Positions 17,701-20,000 of a stretch of 20,000 nucleotides of DNA are shown piece by piece. Source of the DNA: an uncultured virus (IMG/VR IMGVR_UViG_3300044513_002407). Taxonomy: Duplodnaviria; Heunggongvirae; Uroviricota; Caudoviricetes. Location of the stretch: IMG/VR virus record IMGVR_UViG_3300044513_002407; one strand, given 5' to 3'. The translations under genes were made by a program, and so were the position numbers. The notes under the pieces are model-generated. The model worked only from the letters and a program-made list of their open reading frames with translations, did not search any database and was not told the DNA's origin. How positions within the stretch are numbered: position 1 is the stretch's first letter; the number at the start of each line of letters is the position of its first letter.

Positions 17701-19056
17701 AGTATTAATACCTGCAATGAGGTTTTGATTTAATCTTACTGGAAGTAAATCATTAAATGTCCAGGTAGTAACTAATGGAGAATTTTCATCTACAACATTA
17801 GATACAAATCCCAGGTCTCCTTCTTGATAGAATGTTGAATTGTTATCAACCGTAAAATCACTAACTCCAGCATAAATCAGGAAATACGAGTCATTTCTGA
17901 CTGTGCCATCTCTTTCTTTTACTGTTGCAAGAGTATCAATATCATAAGCATATTGACCTACAACATCAGTAGAAAGAGTTGGGTTTTCAGATTCATCAAA
18001 AATGAAATAGTTGAATCCTTTGTTATAATACGTGTATACTGAATCTCTAATTCTTATAGCACCTTCTCTATCAAATCCATAGGTAGAATCAACGTACAGA
18101 TAGACAATGCCATTTTCTGTGATGGGTCTTGCTGTAACTTTGGTGAATTTAGTGGGTACAATATTATTGGAATTTGAGATCTCAACCTCAAATACTTGAC
18201 TTGCAAATGAGAAGATGTTTTCTACAGTTTGAACTGGAAACTCAAAGTCACCCTGCAGTAAAATAGCACCTTTATTGACTAATTCACCCAGAGGATAATT
18301 ATCAAGAGTTTCTAACCTTACAATACTCTTGTTTTGATAGATGGCATTAGAAGGTGCCATCAAATAATCTTTAAAGTTAATAATCGATGCTTCTTTCTGG
18401 AAAAGGAACTTAAAGTAGAAAGAAATCGAGCTTGGTGTTCCCTTTGATAAGTAGAAATCCTTAATACGCTTACTTACAGTATTGACGTTAAGGTTTTCAA
18501 AATTCTCTTGTAGGATATTTGCTGGAAACTCTGTCAGATACTGACTTCTGATCTTTTCTAAGAAATATCCAAAATACAGGAACGATTGGTTCCAGACATT
18601 CTTACCTGCGAAATGATCTCTAGGAGAGGTAGAAACATTAGGAGTTAACTCTCCTTCTATAGAAAGATCATTAAAAGAATATCCTCTAACACAATCAGTG
18701 AATTCTGTGTACTTTACTCCATTTTCCTCAATATGTTGTCTTCTCTTGTAGAGAATGACTTCATCTGAAATCTTGATCAATCCATCATTTAATGGAAACT
18801 CTGCGTGCTGATATACTCTAACTGTAGTGCTAGTAGCAGTCAAAGGTAATGCAAGAATTGCATATGGTGTTACATCATCATATGTGTCAGTATCCAATAG
18901 ATCCTGAATACCATAAAGGATATTCAACGGACTACCATTCGTCTCCATGTACGAATAGTATTCCTGGAGGAACTCAATAAGTTTTGGGTATTGAGTAGCA
19001 GTAAACGTAGATACCTGACTCTCTACGGAACTGGATACCTTATAATCGTTAAACAT
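8731..19056 (-). CDS. gp7: Giant baseplate wedge initiator, gp7-like (3441 aa), with a YHYH-like domain and multiple beta-rich repeats
   Basis: It sits between gp6 and gp8. The N-terminal YPKLIEFLQEYY and IKDFYLSKGTPSSISFYFKFLF, and the internal IQDSKKYQKFAYEV...WR...LHPAGHKLF (HPAG at about aa 2113), match motifs of cyanophage-type gp7. ATG is 3 nt after the gp6 stop. Confidence 0.85.
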   Translation of the reverse strand: MFNDYKVSSSVESQVSTFTATQYPKLIEFLQEYYSYMETNGSPLNILYGIQDLLDTDTYDDVTPYAILALPLTATSTTVRVYQHAEFPLNDGLIKISDEVILYKRRQHIEENGVKYTEFTDCVRGYSFNDLSIEGELTPNVSTSPRDHFAGKNVWNQSFLYFGYFLEKIRSQYLTEFPANILQENFENLNVNTVSKRIKDFYLSKGTPSSISFYFKFLFQKEASIINFKDYLMAPSNAIYQNKSIVRLETLDNYPLGELVNKGAILLQGDFEFPVQTVENIFSFASQVFEVEISNSNNIVPTKFTKVTARPITENGIVYLYVDSTYGFDREGAIRIRDSVYTYYNKGFNYFIFDESENPTLSTDVVGQYAYDIDTLATVKERDGTVRNDSYFLIYAGVSDFTVDNNSTFYQEGDLGFVSNVVDENSPLVTTWTFNDLLPVRLNQNLIAGINTIYTDEESVYVYTTGLPWYELNSTILNSNDLTVTDARLVTKFPRQFEKTYEDNKISTEPNERVGLLRDGTYIKNWKSDERVIRGRLESVSIVDGGDNYNVNNPPVLEFEAPLVNSIGTFTHTAGTSIASQANTSYEVSVTNLSESVTGFRITRGASGEISDVSILEQFTGSGYTVGDTFAIQGSDIGGQSPADNITITVTSTWSGTQATGELIINGSVKELYLIDGGSTYLNDNTVITIIKDPTDTVFTGDSFRDAVLKPVVVDGQITKVRIIDPGTGYTKQPTVLITPQLPNAIAAKIGLFVGGPIHNVNITNRGSNYRKNPEYQIKKGEGASGLLNIENGIITTASVITGGADYNSRPIVNIIDDSDNPGVGGQIIPTWDSVSKQIQDLIVVNGGLNYDDTSVSILIEESGSGAILLPEATYWTKVNNTNPLLSQYFDINTGGFYGTIKTITDSGSTINYSVLGAPKQLQILNRENRTRSTVNFTNSAQHSPIIGWALDGAPIYGPYGYSNPLQVSAIKKMASGWKKLTTSALPAERTASFANGGLINNYGIGEFAEDYVWTSTGADLDDNNGRYCVTPEFPNGVYAYFMTVSLTDKTQGFPYFIGPYYAGKIDTGFNVTKFVDVESLSNVRRYNNADSTSATKPIDTGFFKISRTPSSVDAGLDAIKIVTPGTQYQVGDVVKFDNTGTGGDGAAAFVSVLRGANVSSVTKATYDYLEYVEDRGTFSVGDIIKTARGFSAEIHSIDPNNRRFYLTSVVGSIPVEGEQFYNESLTTNAALVTETAGEDISTPMIAQQPVTSLLNESGGISSTTSYFGIDTFNGGSGNISDYTPGANGNKYIKIDNEIMRVVSTVGANKLIVDRGFNSSAVPHDEDAQITRLDELAVFDSSLFSVGDVIQVDSEKMRIVDILVQKSTTDDVVATKIVDSSGTNGSTQYYLYYNTEIQTNTTVSDVFTITDGAITDIIVDETAGSELFFNNPTVSVSTNNTLLNGEVQDIVSGTNIVATTYNHILIVERGLFATVLADHTPRTEVQGLIFSNALTSKYEEDRIVSKFNAGTNGLVLDDSVTVYASSKISKIFDVNMKSGVSNGTAIARLFDLDATNPNTLFSTSYPNGLVFYEGSTYRFDIDYTAAGTQPVAISFYSGESDASQRKEYFDINIRRTFGSSGVTLNKLTSFSILPDDSDLTKVIMEVRNLTNNAVVEIPITIKPEPINGTYNVINSSSSFFEVYSETDPDPDSELFGNYNFNTIRYTTTSKNASGPIAVVTLTSNGFNYNTLPNINSIVTDNGTGAILEALSYSVGSIEAVESVNSGYGYNPDPTQRPTLNFPTITRLKNNFKVTDTVITNGGAGYLFTPRITVSGGGLSAGSTDHARFSATIANELISEVSIDYPGYKYSSAPTISIEKYYYISAISGTDILFNINFKQYFIEGDAFKVRAYYFNTQDDESNGIYSYIESTTFYAYLGNVSLKGRASGGLVDLQILDDQYWLRSDGTPGAISDIAAKNGIYYESIVLARTASVTAIIKKSPFAPAEKVIIQRNDVSNNLVPVGFGYVAAIKGWQPNNSVLRIENPNVSVELNDIVYGVNTKSVGTVDELFIVKTSAELGAVVQTPKQFLTTDSFLGANALKIQDSKKYQKFAYEVTVGVPSDQWRTNYENSLHPAGHKLFSKTEVLGSNLGQITKLNSSIASVGTTAAEEVSTRKKYNYLVTKNNGFDRVNVANKLLTDVLNIKTSIVGVFEDISDQFDGVQTLFELKVVDPITPVENGQTNYISGYEPDQMVVMLDNIIQTYGTSWELIDADKVIKFDSQRNAGEVMPDGIKMSYRQFNDNSVIYSFNTTVTGATDTFTLIDNDSNLFPTGIFASIDENNWIVFVDGILQENASFTLQLDGGTTPQITFATTLPVDSQISVRYSQNFTKNEFTSGSVTTGTPVVLANKPTVASKHDYFVFVEGVLLETDDYELNSSFDIIFNYDFTYDSLQVVVDSQGVSLNELSHLLSTTKYDYKIEDGQLEIPTGYTIKPEQYLVDISGVVQTPYVVYNTSTSGIRKIRFFEAPERYIFSNVLGDRSEIGRQFIGLLYTRNDPTGISTTPNYQFEDVSQNLLHVASNPENFVVGDYITTSTSSAVIADKVTTTSRLLVSNGITNTAVAAGSTFDITVTSATRAFVGDLVKFNAAFGMTSNASDELQISAVNYTTNVITIENISTSTLTINININASIDFIHYELLLNQIETTASDRDDAFQNGDLPLSGIISSPKTGAVTTLDEPYGVLETDTEITVTDGSIFAQNDYAVIDDVEVVKITNIATNVLTVERGALTTLIKTHGDNRSIEKITPYDLEVVSFRRGFDGQKTTFELKENKTNINIGSDKDIFVIINGILQKKGADESYLINLVDPDGTPDSGDEYSVLEFGEAPPENAPFNAFYLGELQKIKDMSPLFNGSDRAFNLINPTNDEVFSLIAKSRSGANISANLIIFIDGSLQIPSTQEAGRVAAYPQSLVSYKLFGSVVEFTSPPKEGSDFEGYIYVGSDEDYEVIDVDPSVERGDVIEQDNERAPRNVNLVLSSDLLSVGSSFGKVNPNANVGFVLNDGDTGWNLTNLYQSQDIRESLRVRRTLKSPILSVNGNSFPLTGKTRYTLPVSSIVLQNISDSLPTETDANSFSIINLAANSSFPARHLNTTYSNFAARSSLQTTTYSFDSSTNISGTSVYLADDTDSFESHSLTSGSTVVYDNNGNSDLTGLTNGETYYVSKNNQWSVILYPTLADYIASTNAISVTAIGGSETHNLIGADVDLISNALVGYDLPFNQIIQLDASAANETFQTLNEVEFEKVGSLIIVDPGTNFPNGTTNNVQVQAKDQNGNVTNNSATANVTVTFGVVSDVEVVNQGSGYLDAQEVFLNGFTGVKLQVSVINPTITYDTDKTATVINYTAGETVDGSASTVRYLYVQLNDSANPITTSTPITTSRGITHNVTDDDLINAYQQINVGDEFEYNF

Positions 19057-19059
19057 ATT

Positions 19060-20000
19060 TTAACTAGATACTGGAATTTGTCCGACGCCTGATGTTCTAG
19101 AAGCAGATGCGATCGTATCAAGAATTGCAGTTACTGATACATCTGCTTGTGAAATTGAAAGATAGGTATCTCTCAATGCTACAATGTCATTTGATGTTGG
19201 AATAACAGAAAGTTCAATGTAATCAAGACCACCTACAGCAGAATTAATATTAATCGCATTAATATTTATTTCACCCTTCTCATAGTCAATTGTTCCAGCA
19301 TTCTTCGAGTAATAAATCTTTTCAGATCCATTCTGTCTGTAAATAGCAATCGTATTGGTTCCCATCTTCTCAAAGAAGTAGACATATGTTGAATTTTCAC
19401 CAGTAATCTTAAATCCACTAGATCTCAGATCAGTATTTGATGAAATGCGATTACCATAGCAAACTTCATAGGAGGCAAACACATTGGTAAGGAACTTCAT
19501 GTGTTTTTGCATTCTAATCCTAGTAATGTTTGATGTGATACCAACATCAGTATCATCAATGGTTCCTACCAGTTTACTATACTTGAATTTACCGTTGAAA
19601 CGATTCAGATCTTTATCAGCACCATATCCTAGAATGACATTACGTACAATCTCGGCAAGTTGCTGCTTTGTACGCTTTGTAGTAGTATTATTGTAATATA
19701 CGAAAGAATCAATCTCAAGATAGAGATATGATGGGTCAATAATCTCAGGAATGACAGAAAGGATGGTATACTCTCTGACTGCCTTTTGTAATTCTTGTTT
19801 TGCGGTGGTTGTAAGGGTCTCTGCGCCGTATGGTTTCGCTGCGATGAATACTTTACCATACTGAGGTGGAGAAGCGTCTTCCCCGCCGAATACAGAGAAG
19901 GATTCGACGTTTGGATACAGTTGAAGAATCAGAGTTTCATAGTCCTTGATCGTAACTGCTCTATTCTGTGCTGCATAGTACCTAGGAGCAAGATATTTGA
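19060..20000 (-). CDS. gp6: T4-like baseplate wedge subunit gp6 (Baseplate J-like), 5'-truncated by the window edge
   Basis: The listed 150-aa ORF (19060..19512) extends with no stop to the window end. Manual translation from 19998 gives KYLAPRYYAAQNRAVTIKDYETLILQLYPNVESFSVFGGEDASPPQYGKVFIAAKP...RFNGKFKYSKL. QNRAVTxxDY and GGEDxxPPQYGKVFI are characteristic gp6 motifs, as is the C-terminal GTIDYxxGEI. It lies directly upstream of gp7 and gp8. Confidence 0.93.
   Translation of the reverse strand, partial: KYLAPRYYAAQNRAVTIKDYETLILQLYPNVESFSVFGGEDASPPQYGKVFIAAKPYGAETLTTTAKQELQKAVREYTILSVIPEIIDPSYLYLEIDSFVYYNNTTTKRTKQQLAEIVRNVILGYGADKDLNRFNGKFKYSKLVGTIDDTDVGITSNITRIRMQKHMKFLTNVFASYEVCYGNRISSNTDLRSSGFKITGENSTYVYFFEKMGTNTIAIYRQNGSEKIYYSKNAGTIDYEKGEININAININSAVGGLDYIELSVIPTSNDIVALRDTYLSISQADVSVTAILDTIASASRTSGVGQIPVSS

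Noticed and set aside
934..19056. Inteins, introns or homing endonucleases as the explanation for the giant ORFs
   Set aside because: I saw no Hint-domain, LAGLIDADG, HNH or GIY-YIG motifs, and the frames are uninterrupted. Structural repeats account for the size.
19484..19859. ORFs 19484..19696 (+) and 19629..19859 (-), and the 150-aa ORF as a complete gene
   Set aside because: All lie within the continuous gp6 frame that enters from beyond 20000. The 150-aa call is only its C-terminus, and there is no frameshift or pseudogene.
1..20000. CRISPR array, tRNA/ncRNA, DGR, stop-codon recoding, or a bacterial contractile injection system
   Set aside because: There is almost no intergenic space and no DNA-level repeat array or reverse transcriptase was seen. 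TAA, TAG and TGA all end genes at sensible junctions. T4 gene order and late promoters indicate a phage.

Overview
The window is part of the late (virion structural) region of a T4-like myovirus, most likely a marine cyanophage-type (Kyanoviridae-like) or related environmental T4-like phage. All real genes lie on the minus strand, tightly packed, and use the standard genetic code. In transcription order they are: the 3' part of baseplate wedge gp6 (truncated by the window edge), a 3441-aa gp7-like baseplate wedge initiator, baseplate wedge gp8, a 2087-aa VrlC/DUF4815-like protein, three small conserved-looking ORFs, and the first 48 codons of a probable tail fibre gene. Two perfect T4 late promoters (TATAAATA) precede gp8 and the small-ORF/fibre cassette. 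I see no RNA genes, CRISPR arrays, mobile elements, inteins or recoding. Honestly, this looks like a known type of locus and not a new system. The most interesting points are architectural: nested insertions in gp7 including a split, degenerate YHYH-like domain; several repeat families shared between the baseplate proteins; and a separately promoted, translationally coupled cassette of mini-genes that may be a fibre-attachment module. Family assignments come from motif recognition by eye, not from database searches.
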